Shown here: piece by piece, positions 24,811 through 36,939 of the stretch
How positions within the stretch are numbered: the stretch's first letter is position 1
How the letters are laid out: each line of letters begins with the position of its first letter
Assembly: GCF_964188315.1 (NCBI RefSeq)
Contig: NC_135667.1
Span: 25,172,001-25,236,000, forward strand
Direction of reading: 5' to 3'
Length of the DNA stretch: 64,000 nucleotides
Source: Podarcis muralis
Taxonomy: Eukaryota
Notes under the pieces: generated by a model
The model's database searches: none
What the model was told of the DNA's origin: nothing
Seen by the model: only the letters and a program-made list of their open reading frames with translations
Translations under genes and position numbers: made by a program

Positions 24811-25770
24811 ATGCCTCTGAATGCCAGTCTCTTGGAATCAGATATGGAGGCAAAAAACCAATCAGAGCTTTCAGAATTCATCATCCTTGGCTTTAAAAAT
24901 CTGCAGGAGGTACACTACTTGCTGTTCAGTGGATTCTTGATCATCTATTTATTCACTGTGCTGTGGAATACCTTCATCATCACCGTGGCCATAGTGGACC
25001 AGAGGCTCAGAACTCCCATGTATTTCTTCCTTGGAAACCTCTCCTGTCTTGACATCTGCTACATCACTACCACCATCCCTCAAATGTTGCATCTCCTTCT
25101 GACAGAAAGTAGCACCATCTCCTACACAGGCTGTGTGCTCCAGCTGTTTTTCTTCTTTTCCTTTGTCGGCATTGAATGCCTTCTTTTAGCAGTAATGGCT
25201 TTTGACCGCTATGTAGCCATCTGCAACCCACTGCGCTATTCATTGATTATCAAAAGGAATGTTTGCCTGCAGCTGGCTACTGCCTCCTGGGTGGGTGGAT
25301 TTCTCAACTCTGCCGTACACACCTATTTTGCCTTTCAGTTACCCTTCTGTGGAGACAACCACCTAGATGCTTTCTATTGTGACATTCCACCATTGCTGAA
25401 ATTGTCATGTGGGGACATTTCCCTCAACCAAAAGCTCTTGTTAACCATTGGGTTGTTCATAGCCTGGACACCAATGTTCTGTATCCTTCTCTCATATGTG
25501 TACATAATTTCAAATGTTTTGAAAATAAGATCAACAGAAGGGAGGCAAAAGGCTTTCTCCACATGCTCTTCTCATCTAACAGTGGTTCTTCTGTACTATG
25601 GTAGTGCCATCTTCACCTATTTGAGACCTGTTCCCACAGAGTCATCGGTGAATACAAAGCTGATCCCACTTATGTATAGCATATTGACGCCCTTGTTGAA
25701 TCCCATTATATATACATTACGCAACAAAGATGTGAAGAAAGCTTGGCTAAACATAATGGGGAAGATGTGA
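24811..25770 (+). CDS. Olfactory receptor OR5, 319 aa (or 308 aa from the second Met at 24844)
   Basis: NQS sequon, [64 protein letters not shown]. Confidence 0.96.
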   Translation: MPLNASLLESDMEAKNQSELSEFIILGFKNLQEVHYLLFSGFLIIYLFTVLWNTFIITVAIVDQRLRTPMYFFLGNLSCLDICYITTTIPQMLHLLLTESSTISYTGCVLQLFFFFSFVGIECLLLAVMAFDRYVAICNPLRYSLIIKRNVCLQLATASWVGGFLNSAVHTYFAFQLPFCGDNHLDAFYCDIPPLLKLSCGDISLNQKLLLTIGLFIAWTPMFCILLSYVYIISNVLKIRSTEGRQKAFSTCSSHLTVVLLYYGSAIFTYLRPVPTESSVNTKLIPLMYSILTPLLNPIIYTLRNKDVKKAWLNIMGKM

Positions 25771-26012
25771 CTATTCTACACAACATAGCGTTACAAGTTG
25801 TGTCTTAACAGAGTCAGAAATGAGATTAAATTCATATGATACTGATATATTCATTTGTATTATTTTACAGCTGCAAGCTTTTCGATGTACTATACAATTT
25901 TTTATCATAGCACATTTCTTAAGACAAATATGAAATCAATAGTTGTCAAATTTACCTGTATTCTCCTCCATTCCAATGATTTTGATGTTTCTCTGTAATG
26001 TATATGTATCTA

Positions 26013-26185
26013 GATTCAGATAGGTAGCCGTGTTGGTCCGATGCAGTAGAAATATATATATATAGCTCTGTTCCAGTAACAAGAAGCCGAAAGCACCAGC
26101 CTGAAGATGACGAGTGAGACCTCGTCGAAACGTCGCCTAGACACCCCAACTTTTACACGGGAAGATACCCGAGGACACCAAAACC

Positions 26186-26231
<46 letters not shown>

Positions 26232-26253
26232 GTCCCGTAGCACCTTAGAGACT
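26013..26253. mobile_element. Nested Penelope-like fragments: a 3' end of family 1 (minus strand) split by a family 2 fragment (26064-26188, plus strand) between (TA)n tracts
   Basis: Outer parts gattcagataggtagccgtgttggtc and gtagcaccttagagact; the right-hand part matches the reverse complement of the Penelope terminus at ~50880-50905. The inner part carries a hammerhead motif. Absent in unit B (~43530). Confidence 0.7.
26098..26137 (+). ncRNA. Minimal type I hammerhead ribozyme motif (Penelope family 2)
   Basis: CTGAAGA-t-GACGAG-tgagac-CTCGTC-GAAA-CG-TC-gcc: core boxes, a perfect 6-bp stem II and a palindromic ACGT stem III; stem I is weak. Confidence 0.7.
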
Positions 26254-26671
26254 GGACATTTTTTATTATTATTTTTATATATGTATATGTATATTAGACA
26301 GACACTTGTGTGGGCCCATTCTCCTGAAACAGTGTGGAATACAGTGAAATTATTGTGATGTCTTCATTATATATTTATTTATACTATGTTTACCTTTTCC
26401 CATCCTTCAGTATTTATGCATTCCTCTCAAGTATATTGAAATAGTCTGGTTCCACTATGAGTCAATTGCAACCCACTTCAATCTGTCCCTGACACAAAAT
26501 AGGATTTGCCCCGCCTCTGCTATTTCTCCCCTGACCCTTCCAGTCAGCCCTCTTTCCTCCAAGACAAAAGTCCCTATTTTGGTGCAGAGAAAAATGCACA
26601 AGGTCTTGGAGGGCTCAGTTATTTCTCTAAATATTTAAACATTAAAGGAGAACATAAGTAGCTAGGGACAA

Positions 26672-26884
26672 GTAAAGGTAAAAGCTAAAGGACCCCTGAC
26701 AATTGAGTCCAGTCATGGACGACTCTGGGGTTGTGGCTCTGGGGTTGCGGCGCTCGTCTCGCTTTACTGGCCAAGAGAGCCGACGTTTGTCTGCAGACAG
26801 TTTTTTCGGGTCATGTGGCCAGCATGACTAAGCTGCTTCTGGCGAAACCAGAGCAGTGCATGGAAATGTCATTTACCTTCTGCT
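26672..26884 (-). mobile_element. Sauria SINE (Squam1) 3' part
   Basis: gtaaaggtaaa (ACCTTT tail, reverse complement), gacccctgac...gggtcatgtggccagcatgactaagc.gcttctggcgaa.ccagagcag; absent in unit B. Confidence 0.88.
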
Positions 26885-27293
26885 AACGCGTGCTCACATC
26901 TACGGATGTGGGTCGAAGTGTTGTATGGGCCTACACCCCGAGGAATGTCCTGATAGACCCTGGGTGCAGATTTTTGAAGGGGCATGAAGCAGTTGCCCCT
27001 GACAGGCACCTCTAGTGTGGCCCGGTCCAGCGCTCCTCTCCCAGCATCAGATGAAGCAATGCTAATGGAGAGGAGCTCCAGGCAGGGCAGTCCTTCTGTC
27101 TTCCAGGAACAGGAAGGATTTGAACAGGCAAGCACAGCGACAGCTTCTATGTAGAAGAAGTCACAGGGTGCTTGCACTTGCACTGTTAGATACGTGTACT
27201 AAGGTTTGCTTTTGTGCGTGGCCACACATTGCTCCAGCAGTCCAGCTCAGAGCACAAGCCTGGGGAGGGGTGCCAGCTGCCTACCCACCAGGA

Positions 27294-27341
<48 letters not shown>

Positions 27342-27679
27342 AGTGCACCTCAGGAGCTACTATGCTTTGTCAATAAAGAAATAAACTACCAGCTGTTTGT
27401 CATCATTAGGTTGTGTGTGCTTGAGTCACCAGATATGAAATTTCCTATCCCTGGTCTATAGTATTGCTTTAACTTGCTGCTCTTTCAAGGATCAAGTGTT
27501 TTGAATTTATTCATCATTTCAATGAACTCAAATGATAAATATACTACTACTTATAGCAATTATTTCAGATAGAACACTAAAAAAGAAGAAAAGCTTAGCC
27601 AATTCTTTTTTTTTTTAAGCTTAGCCAATTCTAAGCAAGTTGTACATGCCCTCTGAAGGAGCAGGTATGTAGTTTGGGG

Positions 27680-28800
27680 GTACTCATAAATGCTCTGCTA
27701 TCACTTGAGGCTCAGGTGTCCTTGGTGGCATGGAACATCTTCCATCAGCTTCGGCTGGTGGCCCAGCTATGTCCCTATCTGAACAGGGGTAGCCTGACTT
27801 CTGTTGTCCATACTCTGGTAACCTCTAGGTTGGATTACTGCAACACATTATATGTATGGCTGTCTTTGAAGACAATTCAGAAGCTTCAGCTGGTGCAGAA
27901 TTCAGAGGCCAGGTTGCTCACCAGGACAAGACAGTTGGGGCATATTACACCAATCCTGGTGTCAGGGACCGTGCTGAGGAGGGCTGCACTGAGGAAGAAT
28001 GGTGGGAGACACCCCCTCTCCCTGATCCTGAATCTTTGCAGGAGCAGGTGGATAGTACAGATTTGGAACAGTGGTTTGCAGAGGGGAATAGTTCAGAAGG
28101 CAGAAGCTGGGAAATACTGGGTGGGGGACTGCCAGCAGAAGAAGCAGTGGAAGATAGATGGTTAACAGATTTAGTCTCTGGACAGCATTCAGCCCTCCCT
28201 TCCCCAAAGACACAGAGAGCCCAGAAAGTGTTAAAATAGAAAGTGCAGAGGGTACAAAATCAGATTACAAGACATAGGAGTAACGTAAATTAATAGGGAT
28301 GGAGGGTGGGGGAGGGAGCCTTAATTGGGAGCACCACCATTTCTAGGGAGTTGTGTTCTTTTTCTCTCTCACTGTGATTATTAAAAAATCTAACTGGTAA
28401 GACGTTCCTTTCGTTTGATCTTCTTATTTACCACCATGGGCGAGGAAGCCAATTCTCTTAAGCCTGACATCTGGCTCGACTGCAACGGCTGCCAAATAGC
28501 TTCCGGGTCCAATTTAATGTGCTGCTTTTGACTATAAAGACCTTAACGGCTCAGGACGGCAATACGTCAAGAACCGCCTCTCCCCATATAAACCGTCCTG
28601 GACTCTGCATTTATCATCTGAGGCCCTTCTTCACATGCCTCCTCCACATGAAGCCTGGAGGGCGGCAACACAAGAACAGGCCTTTTCTGTAGTGACTCCC
28701 TGTTTGTGAAATGCTCACCCCAGGAATGTTCACCTGGCACCTTCATTATACATTTTTAGATGCCAGTCAAAAATGTTCCTCTTCAACCAGGTCTTTGGCT
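27680..28800 (+). mobile_element. Old L2 LINE 3' fragment split by an LTR (unit A)
   Basis: SLEAQV..VA...FHQLRLV.QL.PYL...VTSRLDYCN..Y...KLQLVQN..ARLLT is L2 ORF2 C-terminal sequence; it resumes after 28470. Confidence 0.85.
27960..28469 (+). mobile_element. Solo LTR (510 bp) inserted in an L2 fragment
   Basis: TGTCAGG...CCTGACA termini, 5-bp TSD cctgg/tctgg, ATTAAA about 90 bp before the end; removing it restores L2 coding (HITPILA..H.LP). Confidence 0.85.
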
Positions 28801-29191
28801 GATAAATATTCTCCAGCCTTTAAAATGTGTCTGTGGGAAGTGGGGGGATAATGTTGATGAATAAAGGATGACTGTCACAAAACCCTGAGAGAAAGGTGAG
28901 AAGATCATAAATAGCCAGGGGTCCACCACCACCAAAGGCCTCTCTTCTCTCTGTTTTCGTCACTGTGGCAGCAGGAATATAACAAAAACGTTGTCAATTC
29001 AATAAGACTGCAAACCTAGTCCCACTTACCTGGGAATAAGCCCTATTGATATCAACCAGACATTCTTCTGACTAGACAAAATTAGGATTGTGTTCTTATT
29101 CTAGTATGAAGCTGTTTCTGGATAATTTGATAAAAAACCCAGTTTTACTTCCAATTCCTTGATTTTATATGGTTGTTTTATTTTCCTATTT

Positions 29192-29436
29192 GGAGAGCCA
29201 GTGTGGTGTAGTGGTTAAGAGCGGTAGATTCGTAGTCTGGTGAACTAGGTTCGCGTCTCCGCTCCTCCACATGCAGCTGCTGGGTGGCCTTGGGCTAGTC
29301 ACACTTCTTTGAAGTCTTTCAACCCCACTCACTTCACAGTATTTGTTGTGGGGAAGGAAGGGAAAGGAGAATGTTAGCTGCTTTGAGACTCCTTCGGGTA
29401 GTGATAAAGCGGGATATCAAATCCAAACTCTTCTTC
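29192..29436 (+). mobile_element. Squam2 SINE (unit A only)
   Basis: Same consensus with CTT tail; empty site at ~46470. Confidence 0.9.
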
Positions 29437-31060
29437 ATCTATCCTCAGTCACAGCCAAAGAAGGCTGAGTTCATCTTAATCATCAGGTACATTTATTAAA
29501 AGATTATTCTGTTCTATTTCAAGGCATGCCAATTAATTTTCACAATCAATCAGAATATTTGCTGCTTTTTCTTTGGAAAACAGGGTGGATTTCTCTTGGG
29601 CAGAAAATCCTCAAAGGCCTCCTTCATATTTGTGCCTATATAAGCAACAGTGCTTCACTGAAATTAATAAATTGCTCTAGGTTGAAATCCTTCTAGGTTG
29701 AAAAACCACACAGGCAACAAAAGCATACTTTTCTATACAACCTGATGAAATACTTCATTGGACCATATGTCGCTTATCCATATTTATAATATATCTGTCA
29801 TTTTCTTGTTTTATAGAACATTAGAAAGAAAATGGCACCATCAAGAATGGCAGCATCTTAAACTAGGTGATGTTGATAGAGAAGAGATGAATCAGGAGCC
29901 ACAGTGATGTTATTATTTTCGGTTTAGTCTTCAAGAAGTGACTTGGGAACTGGAAGAGAACTTCAGCTGTGGAGAGCTTCAACCACCCTCACTACTGTGA
30001 TATTTGCCTTCATCAAATTCTATTTCGTTCCTTGAAATTCCTCAGATGTTTCTTCAGATTTGCTTCAAAACATTGTGTTGTATGAACTATGGTGACAACA
30101 CAATTCAAGATCTTATCAAGGGTCCTATCAGTGAAGGTGAAGGGTTCTTCAGCTTGACTTCTAACTGGATGCCCAAGAAAGTTGAAAGGCAGGTGACATC
30201 TGCCGCAAATCTGTACTAACAACCTCCTGTATTGTTTCTTGTGGTTCTTGCACTGAGATATGAGGAACAATCCAGACAAAATTCTGCTATTTTGCTGGAA
30301 CATAATTTGCTTCCTTTCACTGTCTAGCAGAGCAGAAACTTCACAGCCCATTTCAAAAATTAGTGTCAGTGCTAGAGATTTGGAACCAGAGAGCATAGAT
30401 GTGCTAGCAATGGTCTGTGTATGCAGTTTTCTAAGATGAATGATCTAATGGAGAATGTTTCATGGCTATTACAACTGGAGATCATACTGAAAATAATATT
30501 GGATCAGGGTTCCCAAGGTAAGATAGATTTGTATACTTAAAGTTATGCTTTAAGAAAAAGTCCTTTCAAACTTCTGCTCATTATGTTCAAAGGATAAAGC
30601 GTAGGGATTGCACGAGTTCCATATTTGCAACAGCCAGTTATTTCTCAATAGTCTGTCTTACTCCTCTAACCATAAAAATGTTCGCCACACACGTCATATT
30701 GATAGCCTTCTTGCTAGTATTTGGTGATAAGGACCCATATGGATTTGAAAATATCAGTTGGATTCACGGCACTCTACATAGATCACCTTCCATATTAGTA
30801 CTTTAGGGATAAGAGCTGATTATGGTATGCTAGGATTTCTTCTGGCAGTGATAAATCCGCAGTGCTTTTGCAGGAAATGTCACAGAGTTATCCTCAGACA
30901 GAAGGATTATCTCTTCTCAAAGAAAGGTCCATCAGAATCATACCTCTGTCATCTTCTGCACTTTATATTGAATATAATGCCAGTGTCACACTATTTATTA
31001 ACATTATCACAATTCATTTCCCTCTTCTCTACAGAAAATCAATTGTTTATTTGCCAAGGT

Positions 31061-31984
31061 ATGGAGGCACAAAATGAAACTGGCCTGTCTGAGTTCATCA
31101 TCCTAGGTTTTAAACTTCTGCAGGAGGAACGTATTTTTCCCTTCAGTGCATTATTAATCATCTATCTTTTCACTGTGCTGTGGAATACCTTCATTGTAGT
31201 AATTACATTGGTGGATCAGAGGCTCAGAACTCCCATGTATTTCTTCCTTGGGAATCTCTCCTTTCTTGACATTTGCTACACTACCACCACAATACCCCAG
31301 ATGTTGGCTCACCTTCTCTCTGAGAGAAACAACATTTCCTACATGGGTTGTGTGCTCCAGGTGTATTTTTTCTTCTCCTTTGTAGGCACTGAGTGCCTCC
31401 TTCTAGCAGTGATGGCATTTGACCGCTATGTTGCCATATGCAACCCTTTGCGCTACACACTGATTATAGGCAAAACAATTTGTCTCCAACTAGCCATGGC
31501 CTGCTGGACTGGGGGTTTCCTCAACTCAGCTGTGCATACAACTTTTGCTTTCCAACTACCGTTTTGTGGGAAGAACTGCCTTGATGCTTTCTACTGTGAT
31601 ATTCCCCCACTACTGAAGCTATCATGTGGTGATACTTCCCTTAACCAAATCCTCTTGCTATCTATTGGTCTTTTCATAGCTTGGACTCCATTACTTTGTA
31701 TCCTTTTGTCATATACCTACATCATTTCAACTGTCTTAAAAATAAGGTCTTCTGAAGGGAGACAAAAGGCTTTCTCCACCTGTTCCTCTCACCTCACTGT
31801 AGTCCTTTTGTACTATGGCAGCTCCATCTTCACTTACCTGTCTTCAAACAGCAGTCACTCCTCAAATTATGCCAGGCTTATTCCAGTGATATACAGTGTC
31901 TTGACACCACTCTTAAATCCTATCATATACACTTTACGCAACAAGGATGTAAAGAGTGCCTGGAGAAGCATGATTAGACATACA
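31061..31984 (+). CDS. Olfactory receptor OR6 (MEAQNETG...), last codons and stop lost in the N gap
   Basis: OR motifs are complete through [23 protein letters not shown], then Ns from 31985. The ORF-track extension to 30827 crosses a splice acceptor (tctctacAG at 31034), so the true start is taken as the ATG at 31061. Confidence 0.93.
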
Positions 31985-32137
31985 NNNNNNNNNNNNNNNN
32001 NNNNNNNNNNNNNNNNNNNNNNNNNNNNNNNNNNNNNNNNNNNNNNNNNNNNNNNNNNNNNNNNNNNNNNNNNNNNNNNNNNNNNNNNNNNNNNNNNNNN
32101 NNNNNNNNNNNNNNNNNNNNNNNNNNNNNNNNNNNNN
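31985..32137. other. Assembly gap (N)
   Basis: Run of Ns truncating OR6. Confidence 1.
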
Positions 32138-32510
32138 TAACACACATTCACAGATTATAGACCTACACTCATTTTTTAAATGTATGCTTGCTTTTAGAAT
32201 ATCATAGTCACACATTGAGTCTGTTGTGGATTAAAGTAATCACAACTTCTGAAAAGTACCAGCTGGTTTCTGACTTGTTTCTTATGTCTTATGCACCATT
32301 CCTTGTTGACAAAATTGACTGAAATGTTTTGAAATGCCAGTTACGTTCAATTGTGTATTCTATGTTACTGTGCAAAAACCTGACATGAATATTTTGCTAT
32401 GAATATAAACTCCACATATTTCTTCTACAGTCCTCCTATTCTCTCTCTCTCTGTGTGTGTGTGTGTGTGTGTGCATGTATTTGTGTGTTGTATGTATTCA
32501 AATGTTTTCG

Positions 32511-32646
32511 AGGTTACAAGCATGAGTTTGACCAAACTGCGGGAGGTAGTGGAGGACAGAGGTGCCTGGCGTGCTCTGGTCCATGGGGTCACGAAGAGTC
32601 GGACACGACTAAACGACTAAACAACAACAACAACAACAACAACAAC
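32511..32646 (+). mobile_element. RTE-BovB LINE 3' end
   Basis: catgagtttgaccaaactgcgggagg.agtggaggacag...ggggtcacgaagagtcggacacgactaaacgact followed by a (CAA)n tail; absent in unit B. Confidence 0.88.
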
Positions 32647-33939
32647 ATGTATTCAAAACAGATTATGCACCATTATGGATGAGGCTCTATATGTCTAAAG
32701 ACACATAAGATTGAATTGCTAAAATAAATCTGTTGTGTGGCAGAACAGAGTTTACTCAAAACAAATTATGGAAGGTGTTGGCAATGTGGCAGCTTTCAAA
32801 CATTGTGGAAGATAATCCCCATTATCTCAGACAAGTGAAATTGTTGTTTGGGGCAAATGGCACCAAAAATGCAAAATAACTGAAGAGAAACATGTTGGCT
32901 ACCTCTCCAGTAATAAAAAAGAGATATACCACTTTTTATTTAATCCTACCAGTGCCTGCTTGGAGACTCTTAACCACAGGCCAGCACTGCTACAGTGCAA
33001 TCCTATAGATGTCTACTGATCACTGCTAGATCAGACTAAGAAATCAAGCATCCTGTTTCCCTCATTGGGCCACAAGATGAGTGGAAAGCTCAAACACAGC
33101 CAACAGCTGTGTTTTACACAGTCTCTGAAACTGGAGGTTCCACAGAGTCAACATGACTAGGCACCACTGATGACTGGTAGCTGCTGCTGGACTTAGTTCC
33201 AATGAATGTGTCTTGTTAGGAGCCATCTAAGGACAAACTAGACATGGGATTAAATGTATGTTTGCATTTAGCATGCAAGGTTTTTAGATGTGCAAATACC
33301 GTCAGCTATGGGAAGGAACTGGAAATTATCAGGACTGAAATAGATGGTGAGGTGGAATTGAACCCGTTTCTCCCTGCTGCACTCCTTTTCTAAAGCTGGC
33401 ATTTAGTTTAGAGGGAAATCTCTGACTGATGAACACCCTGTATACAAGGTTATCATGGTGTATTGCACTATATTTAAAACAAAATAAAACATAAATATTA
33501 CATCCCCTCAGTGGGTTAAACTGTCAGTGCTGCCTGCTACAGTTCCTGAGTCACAGCAACAGAATCCATAGTTACACTAAGTATTTGGAAAGCAATGGAG
33601 TCTTATAGGATTTTGGTTGTTGTTGTTAAGGAAAGTGATAGGAAAATGCCCTGGGGAGTGTAGGAGATGTGATTTGTGCAAACAAATCAGAATGGATGTT
33701 CAACAGATAGCAGAAGTCACCTCCAATAGATAGCATCTCCAAAAAGCTTTGTGAAAATCACAATACTATTTAATAAACTGGTTGCATGGAACTAACACTT
33801 GACCTAGAAATCATTGTCAAGATAGCCAGATCACAAAGTCCTGCACAGCATGGGGCTTCTTCACCCAGCCTAGTGCTGCTCTCTTGGAGCCAGATTCTAC
33901 TTTGCATACCCTGAAAACAAACCCTTGAAATAAACTCAA

Positions 33940-34320
33940 CTTAATTGAATCTCTGTGCTCATTGTCCTTAGGGAGTGGAAAAGTTAACAAGGTTGGAACT
34001 GAAGGGAGTTGTGTTGTTTCAAATGCTTCAGGGAAATGAGGAGTTTGTGCTAAGTCAGATATGGATTTATATTTCAATCAAATGTACCCTTGTGAATAGT
34101 ATTTTGATGCCTGTGAAGATGCTAGATGGTCCAGTCATCCACCAACTTCCTATTTTCTGCTCCAGTTTTCACACACACACACTGATCAAACTTTTTAAAA
34201 GCCAGAGATTCCTGGGGAATATACAGTTGTTTCTTCCAATTCTGCTCTACATTTTAAACAATCTATCTCATCTGAAACAGATGGCAGCTGGAATGTGTTT
34301 CGTGTAAAAAGCAGGTAAAT
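33940..34320 (+). promoter_or_regulatory. Candidate OR7 promoter (homeodomain plus O/E-like sites) and donor; homologues near 52240 and 60040
   Basis: TAATTG at 33942, TCCTTAGGGA at 33965, TTCCTGGGGA at ~34210, cag|GTAAAT at ~34314. Confidence 0.4.
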
Positions 34321-35992
34321 TATTACTAATAGGTTTATGATGTTAGAACTATTGTTGGCAAGAAAAAAGATAGGCATAAAAGAGCATTCCTGGGGCAAGT
34401 ACTCTTTGGTGACAGAATCCCAGCTGGACTAAAAATCACAAAACATGTAGCAAAGTAAAGTACAGATATATAGGCTATAAAATCTGTAAAATATATAATT
34501 CTAAGTTCCTTCCAAGGTTCCCCTCTTCCCCACAATAAAAAGACTGCACGTTTGGTAAGTTAAAAATGATTTACTCATAAACTCTCCAAAGGAGATATTC
34601 ATGTGCTTTTCCATACAGCATTCAGAAAGAATTGCACAGGCAGTAAAACTTGGCTTAGTTACAGTGGTGAAAGTTCCTATATTATTGGTTTTGGAACTTA
34701 ATAGTGGTCTGTAAGAGCTATGAGGTTTGTGTTGCAGCAACCAGCTCAGATATCGTCTTGATTAGCTTGTCTGACCCAAGGTGAGCTAAGCTCAACATGA
34801 CAGCTTGCTCCATGATTTTTGCCTCTTTATGCATGAATTGGACTTTTCAAAAAACATAATTTTATTAATCTAGATTTTCAAGATAGCCTACAATAGAGAA
34901 CCATCAAACAAATTAAAAACAAATAAAAGCAGATTAAAACTAGACTTAAGAATTTCAGTTATATGAGGCTCATTATAATGCATAAACATCAGTTTCCCTA
35001 CTATACCCATGTAATGTGTGAAGCAGTAGGTTGGTTATCACTTTGTGAGTAATGGAAAGGGGTTAGCAAGAACCACATTTTCAGTGCATATCTTATGCAG
35101 GACAGAATATAAGATACTTAGAAAAAGATGCTGTGATTACTAAGGTCTAGGATAGATTTCTAAAAAGCAAGTTATGCCAATTTTCCTTTAAACATCTGGA
35201 AATTAAGAAAGAAAGATTGCCAACAAATGTGAAGAAATTATCCAAAAAATGGGGAGGGGGGAGAGAGAGATGTGAAAACTCACGAATCAATGTCAGTAAA
35301 AAGAATACTTATTCATTTTAAAGCTATGACTCTTACTGTTAAAACGAATAGAATTTTAAAGGCAAATCAGTTGATTACGTAGTTAGAAAAGGTTAAGTTC
35401 AGTTGTTTGATATTATGCACATATGGGTATTTGCATATTAATAAATTATATGTTCTAAATTACTACATTGAACAATATATGTTAAAGACAATAGATATTA
35501 CCAGACGTGTAATACAATGTGTGAAAAACAGAATATTTGGGGACACCTCATCGTTTCCCTCTCTGAATTATTGCAGAGGTATGAAAAAGGTGGATGTTTG
35601 AATAAAGCAAGGGTGCAGAAGTAATGAAAGGGTGGGAAGTAGCTGTTTTAAACAATGGCAAAAGTTTGAATAAAGTTGATGTGGGGGGATCCAGAGAGGA
35701 AAGTGGCACAGTTTTAAATGACATAAGAAGTTTGATTGATGGTGAGGTGAACAAACACTGGGTGTGTGTTTTGTTTTAAAAAGCAGTTTTGACAAGGAGA
35801 AATAACAGAGATGATTAGAACACACAAGCGGATTCCAAAAAGAGAAAAATTGTATGGGCAGTGAACAATACCACATCATATTGCAGCTTAGTGGCATCAG
35901 CATGTTCAAGTGATTCCTTAGTGATATGGAATTTCAATCAGGACACCAGTTATAGATACACTTATCATTGCAGGTGGAGTCTTTCGGGTGAT

Positions 35993-36922
35993 ATGTGGAT
36001 TCAGAATGAGACCTCCGTGAATGAATTCATTCTTCTTGGCTTCACCAGTCATCCAACATTGCAACGTATCCTATTGACACTGTGCCTAGTCATATATCTC
36101 ATCACTTTATTTGGCAACAGCCTCATCATCTTCTTGATCTGGGTTGACTCCCGCCTCCATACAGGAATGTACTTTTTCATTGCTAACCTTTCTTTCTTAG
36201 ATATATTTGGCACACAGGTCACTTTCCCCCAGATGCTATTCCATATGGCTTCCAGAACCAATAATATCTCTTTCAACAGATGTATGGCTCAACTCATCCT
36301 GATGCTGTTCTGTGGGATGACTGAGTGCTTCATCCTGGCTCTCATGGCATATGATCGCTACGTGGCCATATGTCAACCACTGCGGTACCCAACCATCATG
36401 AGGATGCAAGTATGCATCCAGATGGCAGGAGCCTGTTGGTTGGGTGGCTTATTCAATGCTGCAGCACTGACAGTTATCACCATAAATTTCCCCTTCTGTG
36501 GGCCCAACCAAATCAACCATTTCTTTTGTGAGGAGCCTGCTGTGTTGCAGCTGGTTTGCATGGACACCTATACAGTAAGAGTCCTCATCTTTGCCCTGAG
36601 TGTCATTGTGCTCATGTTGCCTTTCACTTTTATAGTAATCTCCTACATCCACATTGCCAGGGTGGTGTTCAGCATAAACTCAGCAGAGGGACGGCAACGA
36701 GCTTTTTCCACTTGTGCTACCCATCTCACTGTTGTCACGTTGTTCTACACCACCATCAGCTTCACTTACTTGCAGCCCCGGTCTGAACGAGCTGCAGACC
36801 AGGAGAAGAAAGCTTCTGTTTTCTATGCTTTTTTCTCCCCAATGGTGAACCCTGTCATTTACAGCCTGAGGAACAAGGATGTTAAAGGAGCCTTGTTCAA
36901 ATTGATGGGGAAAGTAAGCTGA
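35993..36922 (+). CDS. Olfactory receptor OR7 (MWIQNETS...), 309 aa, intact
   Basis: LHTGMYFFIANLS, MAYDRYVAICQPLRY, FFCEEPAVL, RAFSTCATHL, NPVIYSLRNKDVK; acceptor tatcattgcAG at ~35973. Confidence 0.96.
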   Translation: MWIQNETSVNEFILLGFTSHPTLQRILLTLCLVIYLITLFGNSLIIFLIWVDSRLHTGMYFFIANLSFLDIFGTQVTFPQMLFHMASRTNNISFNRCMAQLILMLFCGMTECFILALMAYDRYVAICQPLRYPTIMRMQVCIQMAGACWLGGLFNAAALTVITINFPFCGPNQINHFFCEEPAVLQLVCMDTYTVRVLIFALSVIVLMLPFTFIVISYIHIARVVFSINSAEGRQRAFSTCATHLTVVTLFYTTISFTYLQPRSERAADQEKKASVFYAFFSPMVNPVIYSLRNKDVKGALFKLMGKVS

Positions 36923-36939
36923 GTCTCACCTTTAGAAAG

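Noticed and set aside
29975-30010. FNHPHYCDI resembling OR INHFFCD
   Set aside because: No other OR motifs in frame on either side; likely chance.
30013-30396. 127-aa minus-strand ORF repeated at 47064-47405
   Set aside because: The similarity is explained by the recent duplication; the copies differ by a frameshift at the C-terminus and no protein motif was recognised.
35861-35992. Long N-terminal extensions of OR6, OR7, OR9 and OR10 in the ORF track
   Set aside because: For OR7, OR9 and OR10 they start at non-ATG codons, and all of them cross polypyrimidine-AG splice acceptors, so they are intron sequence.
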